Below, one piece after another: positions 23,861 to 31,823 of a stretch of 32,000 nt of DNA. A model generated the notes under the pieces. The model was not told the DNA's origin. It saw nothing but the letters and a program-made list of their open reading frames with translations, and searched no databases. The stretch comes from Mycobacterium tuberculosis H37Rv. GTDB taxonomy: Bacteria > Actinomycetota > Actinomycetes > Mycobacteriales > Mycobacteriaceae. Made by a program: the position numbers and the translations under genes. Each line of letters opens with the position of its first letter. Within the stretch, counting starts at the first letter, position 1. The stretch is taken from the NCBI RefSeq assembly GCF_000195955.2, contig NC_000962.3, positions 1-32,000 on the forward strand, read 5' to 3'.

Positions 23861-25444
23861 TCAGTGCATGCGGACGATGATCTCGGAGTGTCCCAAGCGG
23901 ATCACATCACCGTCGGCCAACTGCCACTCCTGTACCGGTGCATTGTTAACAGTGGTGCCGTTGGTGGAGTTCAGGTCTGCGAGCAATGCGACCTGCCCGT
24001 CCCACCGGATCTCCAAGTGACGGCGTGACACACCGGTGTCGGGCAGCCGGAACTGGGCGTCCTGTCCGCGACCGATGATGTTGGAGCCCTCGCGGAGCTG
24101 GTAAGTGCGTCCGCTGCCGTCGTCGAGCTGCAGCGTAACCGACGTTCCGGCGGACCCATAGCCGCCCTGCCCGTAACCGCTGTAGCCACCGGGCGCTGGC
24201 TGACCGTAGTCCGGAGCGCCTGATTGGCCGTAGTCGTAGTCTCGGCCGGCGGGTTCGGCGTACCCGCCACCCTGAGGAGCGTATCCCGGGACCCGCGGGG
24301 ATTCGGTGTAGCGGGTGTAGTCAGCGCCGCCGCCATAGTCTTGCCGGCCGTATGTCGTGGCGCCTTGCTGGTAGCCCTGGTCGTAACCGCCTTGGTCGGG
24401 GTAAGCCGGTCGTTGCTCGGGCGGGCCCGGAGGGCCAGAGGGCACATAGCTGCCCTCCTCGTGGCGAGCCGGGCCACGCCCGTACTCCCCGTACCCGCCG
24501 TAGCCGGGCTGGCCGCCACCGGGTGAAGGGCCGTAGCCGCCGCTTTGGCGATAGCCCTGGTCGTAGCCGGGAGCGCCGTAGCCGGCAGCCGGGCCGGGAG
24601 AAACAGGAGGGCGTTGCTCGTAGGGCGGCGGATAGCCCCCCTGCCCTTGGTCGGGGTAGCCTCGACCCTGGTCCTGGTACCCGCGCTGGTCGGGGTAGCC
24701 GCGTTGCTCGGGGTAACCGCGTTGCTCGGGGTAACCGCCCTGGTCGGGGTACCCGATTTGCTCGGGGTAGTCGCCCTGGTCCGGGTGGCGCGGGCGTGGG
24801 TAGCCCGGCTGGGGCGGGTAGCCGCCCGTCTCGGGTGGATACCCCCCGCGGGGGTCAGATCCGCCTTGCGGATCCGGGCCACCACGCGGATCCTCTTGCG
24901 GACGCGCATAGCGGTCGTCGTAATACTCGTCGGGACGCCCCTGCCCCTGACCGCCACGGTAGCTCGAATTGTCACTCATTGGTGCTACTCCTGGTTCTGC
25001 GCCAAACGCGTGGTTTGATTGTGGCCGGGCGCAATCGATGACCGGCGGGTGGGTCTCAACGTCGGGGTTAACAGTGCCGCGGGCGCGGAACTGGCCGGTA
25101 TGCAGGTTCGACGACTGCTCGAATCGGACGACCACATCACCATACGTTTGCCACCCCTGTTCTTGGATATAGTCCGCCAAGTCCCGAGCAAAACCGGTTG
25201 ACTTCAGCTCAGGATCAGCGCCCAACTTCTCAAAGTCGTGCACACCGAGGGTAATGATGTATTCGTTGGGCGCCAAAAGGCGATTTCCCTGCAGCGACTG
25301 GATGCCGTCGGCCGCCTCGCGGCGCAGCAGGGCTTCGACCTCTTGCGGGACGATCGAGCCTCCAAAGATGCGGGCAAACGCATCGCCAACCGTCTGCTCG
25401 AGTTTGCGCTCAACGCGCTGAACCAGCCTTTTCTGGCTACCCAT
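23861..25444 (-). CDS. fhaA: FHA-domain protein FhaA with N-terminal DUF3662-type domain and long Gly/Tyr/Pro/Gln-rich linker
   Basis: 527 aa; MGSQKRLVQRVERKLEQTVGDAFARIFGGSIVPQEVEALLRREA; C-terminal REGSNIIGRGQDAQFRLPDTGVSRRHLEIRWDGQVALLADLNSTNGTTVN. Confidence 0.98.
   Translation of the reverse strand: MGSQKRLVQRVERKLEQTVGDAFARIFGGSIVPQEVEALLRREAADGIQSLQGNRLLAPNEYIITLGVHDFEKLGADPELKSTGFARDLADYIQEQGWQTYGDVVVRFEQSSNLHTGQFRARGTVNPDVETHPPVIDCARPQSNHAFGAEPGVAPMSDNSSYRGGQGQGRPDEYYDDRYARPQEDPRGGPDPQGGSDPRGGYPPETGGYPPQPGYPRPRHPDQGDYPEQIGYPDQGGYPEQRGYPEQRGYPDQRGYQDQGRGYPDQGQGGYPPPYEQRPPVSPGPAAGYGAPGYDQGYRQSGGYGPSPGGGQPGYGGYGEYGRGPARHEEGSYVPSGPPGPPEQRPAYPDQGGYDQGYQQGATTYGRQDYGGGADYTRYTESPRVPGYAPQGGGYAEPAGRDYDYGQSGAPDYGQPAPGGYSGYGQGGYGSAGTSVTLQLDDGSGRTYQLREGSNIIGRGQDAQFRLPDTGVSRRHLEIRWDGQVALLADLNSTNGTTVNNAPVQEWQLADGDVIRLGHSEIIVRMH
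24648..24794 (-). repeat. In-frame 18-bp imperfect tandem repeats encoding GYPDQ/GYPEQR-type hexapeptides in the fhaA linker
   Basis: Seven imperfect 18-bp units from 24669 to 24794 (e.g. tgctcggggtaaccgcgt at 24705, tgctcggggtaaccgccc at 24723, tggtcggggtacccgatt at 24741), preceded by a 21-bp unit at 24648-24668. Confidence 0.88.
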
Positions 25445-25643
25445 CTTTCAGCGCTCGCCTCACTGTTCTGGTGCATCGTCGGCGCAAGGCAAACGACTCG
25501 CCTGTATGTCGTGTCAATCAATCATGGTATCGGGACAGTGTGAGCGAGCGGAAAGGGCCGGCCACGCCCACTGAGCCCGCCGGCGCCCCTGGCAGCGGAT
25601 GGGGCCTGCGGCTACTACAGTGGTATGGTCCTCCGGTTGTTGC

Positions 25644-25726
25644 GGGCGAGTGGCGGAATGGCAGACGCGCTGGCTTCAGGTGCCAGTGTCCTTCGGGACG
25701 TGGGGGTTCAAGTCCCCCTTCGCCCA
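25644..25726 (+). tRNA. leuT: tRNA-Leu (CAG anticodon)
   Basis: gggcgagtggcggaatggcagacgcgctggcttcaggtgccagtgtccttcgggacgtgggggttcaagtcccccttcgccca; long variable arm; CAG anticodon; GGGCGAG pairs with TTCGCCC. Confidence 0.97.
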
Positions 25727-25912
25727 CCGTACTGTGAGACGAGTCGTGACCGACATCGTCGTCGAAACGGCCGCCATGGGCGTGGTTGGAACGGCTAGCG
25801 CACGCCCACGGCCAGCCCAGGGCAACCCCGGTATCGACGTGACTATCGCCGGCGCTGTCCGGTTCAGCTCGGTCGCGGCCGCAGCCGGGTGGCGGGGCGC
25901 CTCGGTACCCTT

Positions 25913-26881
25913 TTACACGGCGCGCATCGCGGTCAGCGTCCTCGCCGCTTGTTGCGCCATACCGGTTATCACGTCGGCGGCTGGCAGGACGGCATTGACC
26001 AGGCCCGCGGCTTGACCGGCGGTGACATTGGCGATGCTGTAGTCACGCGCAGCAACGGCTCGCCAATATCTGGCCATGGCTTCTTCGCGATGGAGAATGT
26101 CGAGTTCGGTGTCCTCGAATTGGTCGGTGAGGGCGTTGCTTAGCACGCTCATCGTGTGTCCTTGCGGCCAGGGATAGCGCCGTAGCTGATCGTAGATAGT
26201 GGTGCGGCACATGTCGTCGCCAGTGGCCGCCAGCAGCGGGTCCCGCGCCTGCGGTGTGGATAACGCTTCGACCGTGGCGTAGAAGCGCGTACCGACCAAT
26301 ACCCCGGCGGCGCCCAACATCAACGCGGCGGCAAGGCCCCGGCCGTCGGCGATGCCCCCGGCGGCGATCACCGGGATATCAGTTCCCCGCGCGGTGACCA
26401 GGTCGACGATTTCGGGTACCAAGGTCAGGGTGGAACGTGGACCGTGGCCGTGCCCACCGGCCTCGGTGCCCTGAGCCACCAACACATCGGCGCCGACCTG
26501 CAGGGCTCGCTCGGCCTGGGTCCGGTTTTGGATCTGGCAGACCAACCGCGTTCCGGCGGACTTGATGGCGTCAGCGAAAACCGCGGGGTCCCCGAACGAC
26601 AGCATCACCGCCACCGGCTCATACTGCAGCGCGAGGTCGAGCAGCTGCGGTTGGCGGGCCAAAGACCAGGTGATGAACCCGCAGCCCACCGGCGCTCCAG
26701 CGGCGAGATCGAACTGCCGGGCCAACCAATCCCGGTCCCCATAGCCGCCCCCGATGAGGCCGAGTCCCCCTGCGCCACTTACCGCGGCAGCCAGCTCACC
26801 GCCGGCGATCAAGTCCATTGGCGCGGACACTATCGGATAGTCGATTCCGAACATCTGGCTAAAGGCCGTCGATAGCACCAC
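25913..26881 (-). CDS. Nitronate monooxygenase / 2-nitropropane dioxygenase-like flavoprotein
   Basis: 322 aa; FGIDYPIVSAPMDLIAGGELAAAVSGAGGLGLIGGGYGD, DVLVAQGTEAGGHGHG, DIPVIAAGGIADGRGLAAALMLGAAGVLVGTRFYAT. Confidence 0.93.
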   Translation of the reverse strand: MVLSTAFSQMFGIDYPIVSAPMDLIAGGELAAAVSGAGGLGLIGGGYGDRDWLARQFDLAAGAPVGCGFITWSLARQPQLLDLALQYEPVAVMLSFGDPAVFADAIKSAGTRLVCQIQNRTQAERALQVGADVLVAQGTEAGGHGHGPRSTLTLVPEIVDLVTARGTDIPVIAAGGIADGRGLAAALMLGAAGVLVGTRFYATVEALSTPQARDPLLAATGDDMCRTTIYDQLRRYPWPQGHTMSVLSNALTDQFEDTELDILHREEAMARYWRAVAARDYSIANVTAGQAAGLVNAVLPAADVITGMAQQAARTLTAMRAV

Positions 26882-27022
26882 AACAACCTCCTTGGCGAGC
26901 GTCGTGATGACACGCAGATCCTGGCCGATGGTAGGTGATCAGGCGAGCCACTTCTTCGCCGAACTCGCGAGCCGAGCCTGATCACGCTGGGTTTGGCAAC
27001 TGCCGGGCTTGCCGACCGGGCA

Positions 27023-27442
27023 TCAAGCGGCCGGTTGTGGGCCAACCTGTGCGATCGGCAGGTGCACCACGACCCCGGGCACCGGGGTGACCTCGAGTCC
27101 TTCGTTGCGGGCCAGCAGAGCCGCATTGTCCGGGAGCTGCCTGGAATTGATCTCGCCGCCGGCAATCCGACGCAGCACGTCGTGGGCTGCCGCGAGCTGT
27201 TCGCGCTTTCGGTACTGGCCGCCGGGAAGCTTGATGCCGGCCCATACGCCGTACTCCACCCGATGCTCGACCGCGTGTTGAGCACACCGGCGCTGCTGTA
27301 GGAGCGGGCACCGGCGCAGGCATTGGATCCGCGCTTGGGTGGCCGACCGCTCATAGGCGCGTGCCTTAGCGGCGCCGTCGCTGCCGTCGTCATCGGGGTA
27401 CCCGAACCATAGTTCCGGGTCGGTTGCGCAGGGGTGTGCCAT
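27023..27442 (-). CDS. whiB5: WhiB-family Fe-S regulator WhiB5
   Basis: 139 aa from MAHPCATDPELWFG; four-Cys arrangement (MAHPC, QCLRRCPLLQQRRC) followed by EYGVWAGIKLP. ORF extension to 27937 judged spurious. Confidence 0.94.
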   Translation of the reverse strand: MAHPCATDPELWFGYPDDDGSDGAAKARAYERSATQARIQCLRRCPLLQQRRCAQHAVEHRVEYGVWAGIKLPGGQYRKREQLAAAHDVLRRIAGGEINSRQLPDNAALLARNEGLEVTPVPGVVVHLPIAQVGPQPAA

Positions 27443-27594
27443 GTGCCGGCCTCCTTGTTGAACGAAACATAGGCAAAAGCGTATATGTCTGTGGCGGGCT
27501 CTGCAAGAGAATCGCGATAAAAACGTATATACATAAGGGGTGGCCGCGGCCGAGTCGTATCCGGGTAGTATCCGGCTTATGGCCGGAGCGTGCG
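27443..27594. promoter_or_regulatory. Divergent promoter region between whiB5 and the XRE regulator with repeated CGTATAT motifs
   Basis: gcgtatatgt (27479-27488) and acgtatatac (27523-27532, containing the palindrome GTATATAC at 27525-27532) in a 152-bp divergent intergenic region. Confidence 0.6.
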
Positions 27595-28365
27595 GTGAGC
27601 CGTGAGTCGGCCGGCGCGGCCATTCGCGCACTTCGCGAGTCGCGTGACTGGTCCCTCGCGGACCTGGCGGCCGCCACTGGCGTAAGCACCATGGGCCTGA
27701 GCTATCTGGAGCGCGGTGCCCGCAAGCCACACAAAAGCACAGTTCAGAAGGTCGAAAATGGCCTCGGCCTGCCGCCTGGCACCTACTCGCGGCTGTTGGT
27801 CGCCGCTGATCCCGATGCGGAGCTGGCCCGACTGATCGCCGCACAGCCGTCCAACCCGACGGCTGTCCGCCGCGCCGGTGCGGTCGTCGTGGACCGCCAC
27901 AGCGATACCGACGTGCTGGAGGGCTACGCCGAAGCACAGCTCGATGCCATCAAATCCGTCATCGACCGATTGCCTGCGACGACCTCCAACGAATATGAGA
28001 CGTATATTCTCTCTGTGATCGCGCAATGCGTGAAGGCGGAGATGCTGGCCGCCAGCTCCTGGCGGGTGGCGGTGAACGCCGGCGCCGACTCGACCGGCCG
28101 GCTCATGGAGCATCTGCGGGCGCTGGAAGCCACGCGCGGCGCGCTACTGGAGCGGATGCCGACAAGCTTGAGCGCCCGGTTCGATCGGGCATGTGCGCAG
28201 TCGTCGTTACCGGAGGCGGTCGTGGCCGCGCTAATCGGCGTCGGCGCCGACGAAATGTGGGATATCCGCAATCGGGGCGTCATCCCTGCGGGCGCGCTCC
28301 CCCGCGTCCGAGCCTTCGTCGACGCAATCGAGGCAAGTCACGACGCGGATGAGGGGCAGCAGTGA
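27595..28365 (+). CDS. XRE-family HTH transcriptional regulator (GTG start favoured)
   Basis: 256 aa from GTG 27595: AIRALRESRDWSLADLAAATGVSTMGLSYLERGARKPHKSTVQKVENGLGLPPGTYSRL is a cro/C1 HTH; open frame extends upstream to 27424 through the divergent promoter. Confidence 0.92.
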   Translation: MSRESAGAAIRALRESRDWSLADLAAATGVSTMGLSYLERGARKPHKSTVQKVENGLGLPPGTYSRLLVAADPDAELARLIAAQPSNPTAVRRAGAVVVDRHSDTDVLEGYAEAQLDAIKSVIDRLPATTSNEYETYILSVIAQCVKAEMLAASSWRVAVNAGADSTGRLMEHLRALEATRGALLERMPTSLSARFDRACAQSSLPEAVVAALIGVGADEMWDIRNRGVIPAGALPRVRAFVDAIEASHDADEGQQ

Positions 28366-29207
28366 ATTACAGCGAGGTCGAGCTGTTGAGTCGCGCTCAT
28401 CAACTGTTCGCCGGAGACAGTCGGCGACCGGGGTTGGATGCGGGCACCACACCCTACGGGGATCTGCTGTCTCGGGCTGCCGACCTGAATGTGGGTGCGG
28501 GCCAGCGCCGGTATCAACTCGCCGTGGACCACAGCCGGGCGGCCTTGCTGTCTGCTGCGCGAACCGATGCCGCGGCCGGGGCCGTCATCACCGGCGCTCA
28601 ACGGGATCGGGCATGGGCCCGGCGGTCGACCGGAACCGTTCTCGACGAGGCTCGCTCGGATACCACCGTTACTGCGGTTATGCCGATAGCCCAGCGCGAA
28701 GCCATACGCCGTCGTGTGGCGCGGCTGCGCGCGCAACGAGCCCATGTGCTGACGGCGCGACGACGGGCACGACGGCACCTGGCGGCGCTGCGTGCGCTGC
28801 GGTACCGGGTGGCGCACGGCCCGGGGGTCGCGCTGGCCAAACTTCGGCTGCCGTCGCCGAGCGGTCGCGCCGGCATCGCGGTCCACGCCGCGCTGTCGCG
28901 ACTTGGCCGTCCCTATGTCTGGGGCGCAACGGGGCCCAACCAGTTCGACTGTTCCGGTTTGGTCCAGTGGGCCTACGCCCAGGCGGGTGTTCACCTGGAT
29001 CGCACCACCTATCAACAGATCAACGAGGGGATCCCGGTGCCGCGCTCACAGGTCCGGCCGGGCGATCTGGTCTTCCCGCACCCCGGGCACGTGCAGCTGG
29101 CGATCGGCAACAATCTGGTCGTCGAGGCGCCCCATGCGGGCGCGTCGGTTCGGGTCAGCTCGCTGGGCAACAACGTGCAGATTCGGCGACCGCTGAGTGG
29201 CAGATAA
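28362..29207 (+). CDS. NlpC/P60 peptidoglycan hydrolase-like protein with long helical N-terminus
   Basis: 281 aa, GTG start overlapping the upstream stop by 4 nt; SRLGRPYVWGATGPNQFDCSGLVQWAYAQAG...VRPGDLVFPHPGHVQLAIGNNLVVEAPHAGASVRV; no signal peptide evident. Confidence 0.94.
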   Translation: MNYSEVELLSRAHQLFAGDSRRPGLDAGTTPYGDLLSRAADLNVGAGQRRYQLAVDHSRAALLSAARTDAAAGAVITGAQRDRAWARRSTGTVLDEARSDTTVTAVMPIAQREAIRRRVARLRAQRAHVLTARRRARRHLAALRALRYRVAHGPGVALAKLRLPSPSGRAGIAVHAALSRLGRPYVWGATGPNQFDCSGLVQWAYAQAGVHLDRTTYQQINEGIPVPRSQVRPGDLVFPHPGHVQLAIGNNLVVEAPHAGASVRVSSLGNNVQIRRPLSGR

Positions 29208-29244
29208 TCGCCCAATCAGACGGGCAGGATGAGAAGGTTGAACC

Positions 29245-29607
29245 ATGTCGGAGCAAGCCGGGTCTTCGGTAGCTGTCATCCAGGAGCGCCAGGCTTTGCT
29301 GGCAAGGCAACACGACGCCGTGGCCGAAGCCGACCGTGAGTTGGCCGACGTGCTAGCCAGCGCGCATGCGGCCATGCGGGAAAGCGTCCGTCGGCTGGAT
29401 GCTATCGCGGCCGAACTCGACCGCGCGGTTCCGGATCAGGATCAGCTTGCCGTCGATACGCCCATGGGAGCGCGTGAGTTTCAAACGTTCCTGGTCGCCA
29501 AGCAGCGCGAGATCGTAGCGGTCGTCGCCGCCGCCCACGAGCTCGATCGCGCAAAAAGCGCTGTGCTAAAGCGCCTGCGGGCACAGTACACGGAACCGGC
29601 CCGTTAG
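29245..29607 (+). CDS. Small helical protein, DUF4226-like (candidate ESX-associated)
   Basis: 120 aa [62 protein letters not shown]...[31 protein letters not shown]; shares a motif with the next ORF. Confidence 0.85.
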
Positions 29608-29721
29608 CTGCGGACCGGATACGCTGGACCGGCAGGCGTTGGGTGAATTGTCGGCGACTACACACCTAGGTACTGTCACGCGGCATGGAAGCGCCGGGGA
29701 CAGGGCCCGCAGTGGGTCGCA

Positions 29722-31068
29722 GTGGCGTTTGACGCGGCGATGTCCACGCACGAAGATCTCCTTGCCACGATCAGGTACGTCCGCGACCGAACCGGTGACC
29801 CAAACGCGTGGCAGACCGGGTTGACACCGACCGAGGTGACCGCGGTGGTCACGTCCACGACACGTTCCGAACAGCTCGATGCCATTTTGCGTAAGATCCG
29901 CCAGCGGCATTCGAACCTGTACTATCCAGCACCGCCCGATCGGGAACAAGGAGACGCCGCCCGTGCCATCGCGGATGCGGAAGCAGCTCTGGCACATCAG
30001 AATTCGGCTACCGCGCAGCTCGATCTGCAGGTCGTCTCGGCAATTCTGAACGCGCATCTGAAGACTGTCGAGGGTGGCGAATCGCTGCACGAGCTTCAGC
30101 AAGAGATCGAAGCCGCGGTACGCATTCGATCCGATCTGGACACTCCGGCCGGCGCGCGTGATTTCCAGCGTTTCTTGATCGGCAAGCTCAAGGATATCCG
30201 GGAGGTGGTTGCGACCGCGAGCCTGGACGCTGCGTCGAAATCCGCTCTGATGGCCGCCTGGACATCGCTGTATGACGCATCCAAGGGCGACCGTGGCGAT
30301 GCCGATGACCGCGGACCGGCGTCGGTCGGCTCGGGCGGCGCGCCCGCACGCGGTGCCGGTCAGCAGCCGGAGTTGCCGACACGAGCCGAACCCGATTGCC
30401 TCCTCGACTCGCTGCTGCTCGAGGATCCGGGTTTGCTGGCCGATGACCTACAGGTGCCGGGAGGCACATCCGCGGCAATACCATCAGCGTCGTCGACGCC
30501 AAGCCTGCCCAATCTTGGCGGAGCAACGATGCCGGGTGGCGGAGCAACACCGGCCTTGGTCCCCGGTGTGAGCGCGCCGGGTGGGCTTCCGCTCTCCGGC
30601 CTGCTGCGCGGCGTGGGTGACGAACCGGAGTTGACGGACTTCGACGAACGGGGACAAGAAGTCAGGGATCCGGCCGATTATGAGCATTCCAACGAACCGG
30701 ATGAGCGTCGCGCCGACGACCGAGAAGGCGCCGACGAGGACGCCGGGCTGGGCAAGTCAGAATCGCCACCGCAGGCTCCGACGACCGTGACGCTGCCCAA
30801 CGGTGAGACGGTGACCGCGGCCAGTCCCCAGCTCGCCGCGGCGATCAAGGCGGCGGCCAGCGGCACACCGATCGCAGATGCGTTCCAACAACAGGGAATT
30901 GCCATCCCGCTACCGGGAACCGCGGTCGCCAACCCCGTCGACCCCGCCCGGATCTCAGCGGGAGACGTAGGTGTGTTCACCGCCACGCCCTTGCCCTTGG
31001 CCCTAGCAAAGCTCTTCTGGACGGCCAGATTCAACACATCTCAGCCGTGCGAGGGCCAAACTTTCTAG
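29722..31068 (+). CDS. Large DUF4226-like protein with helical N-terminus, Gly/Pro/Asp-rich linker and short C-terminal domain; probable 3' frame break
   Basis: 448 aa, GTG start; DTPAGARDFQRFLIGKLKDIREVVATASLDAASKSALMAAW is homologous to the preceding ORF; C-terminal TVTLPNGETVTAASPQLAAAIKAAASGTPIADAFQQQGIAIPLPG...ISAGDVGVFT. Confidence 0.85.
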   Translation: MAFDAAMSTHEDLLATIRYVRDRTGDPNAWQTGLTPTEVTAVVTSTTRSEQLDAILRKIRQRHSNLYYPAPPDREQGDAARAIADAEAALAHQNSATAQLDLQVVSAILNAHLKTVEGGESLHELQQEIEAAVRIRSDLDTPAGARDFQRFLIGKLKDIREVVATASLDAASKSALMAAWTSLYDASKGDRGDADDRGPASVGSGGAPARGAGQQPELPTRAEPDCLLDSLLLEDPGLLADDLQVPGGTSAAIPSASSTPSLPNLGGATMPGGGATPALVPGVSAPGGLPLSGLLRGVGDEPELTDFDERGQEVRDPADYEHSNEPDERRADDREGADEDAGLGKSESPPQAPTTVTLPNGETVTAASPQLAAAIKAAASGTPIADAFQQQGIAIPLPGTAVANPVDPARISAGDVGVFTATPLPLALAKLFWTARFNTSQPCEGQTF

Positions 31069-31188
31069 GCTGGATACATCCAGCGGCGACCGCGACCGCG
31101 CCGGCGAGGACCGAAGCACCGACACCAACCAGGCCGGCGGCCGCTCGATAGGTACTGACCGCCCGGTCACAACAAGAGGAGACAGCGG

Positions 31189-31506
31189 ATGACAGATCGA
31201 ATTCACGTGCAGCCTGCACATTTACGTCAGGCCGCTGCCCATCACCAGCAGACCGCCGACTACCTGCGGACCGTGCCGTCGTCGCACGACGCGATCCGCG
31301 AAAGTCTGGACTCGCTGGGGCCTATTTTCAGTGAGCTCCGCGACACCGGGCGTGAGCTGCTCGAGCTCAGAAAGCAGTGCTACCAGCAGCAAGCCGACAA
31401 CCACGCCGATATTGCCCAGAACCTGCGAACGTCGGCCGCGATGTGGGAGCAGCACGAGCGAGCGGCGTCGCGCAGCCTCGGCAACATCATTGACGGGAGC
31501 CGATGA
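31189..31506 (+). CDS. EspC-like / DUF2580 WXG100-superfamily-like small helical protein
   Basis: 105 aa MTDRIHVQPAHLRQAAAHHQQTADYLRTV...; the VQPxxLxxxAxHH opening resembles EspC and related ESX-associated proteins. Confidence 0.8.
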   Translation: MTDRIHVQPAHLRQAAAHHQQTADYLRTVPSSHDAIRESLDSLGPIFSELRDTGRELLELRKQCYQQQADNHADIAQNLRTSAAMWEQHERAASRSLGNIIDGSR

Positions 31507-31513
31507 CAGGGCG

Positions 31514-31819
31514 ATGACCGACGCCAATCCCGCTTTCGACACGGTCCACCCCAGCGGGCACATTCTTGTTCGGTCCTGCCGCGGTGGATACATGCATAGC
31601 GTCTCGCTGAGCGAGGCGGCGATGGAGACCGACGCAGAAACCCTGGCGGAAGCCATCCTGCTCACCGCCGACGTGTCCTGCCTTAAAGCGTTGCTGGAAG
31701 TACGCAACGAGATCGTGGCGGCGGGCCACACCCCGTCCGCGCAGGTTCCCACGACCGACGACCTGAACGTCGCGATCGAAAAGCTGCTGGCCCATCAACT
31801 GCGCCGCCGTAACCGTTGA
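31514..31819 (+). CDS. EspH-like / DUF2694 conserved protein
   Basis: 101 aa MTDANPAFDTVHPSGHILVRSCRGGYMHSVSLSEAAMETDAETLAEAILLTADVSCLKALLEVRNE; resembles the EspH core (VTNPQGSVSV...GRIQHVELTDKA...SEAQLADEIFVIADLARQKA). Confidence 0.78.
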   Translation: MTDANPAFDTVHPSGHILVRSCRGGYMHSVSLSEAAMETDAETLAEAILLTADVSCLKALLEVRNEIVAAGHTPSAQVPTTDDLNVAIEKLLAHQLRRRNR

Positions 31820-31823
31820 AGTG

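Noticed and set aside
24669-24794. Possible CRISPR-like array
   Set aside because: Units are contiguous 18-mers with no spacers, in frame within fhaA; no cas genes.
24352-25041. 229-aa plus-strand and 334-aa minus-strand (23971-24975) ORFs over fhaA
   Set aside because: Long alternative frames arise from the high-GC low-complexity repeats; the fhaA frame has clear DUF3662-type and FHA domains.
25599-26015. 138-aa plus-strand ORF across leuT and into the nitronate monooxygenase gene
   Set aside because: Passes through a tRNA and antisense coding sequence; no conserved domain.
27424-27594. 57-codon N-terminal extension of the XRE regulator
   Set aside because: It overlaps whiB5 and the divergent promoter; GTG 27595 gives a normal N-terminus just before the HTH.
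27443-27937. N-terminal extension of the whiB5 ORF (304 aa total)
   Set aside because: The extension covers the divergent promoter and the XRE coding region; the WhiB family protein starts at MAHPCATDPELWFG (27442).
26994-27937. Toxin-antitoxin system formed by whiB5 and the XRE gene
   Set aside because: WhiB5 is a clear Fe-S WhiB regulator, and neither protein resembles a known toxin; better explained as two divergent regulators.
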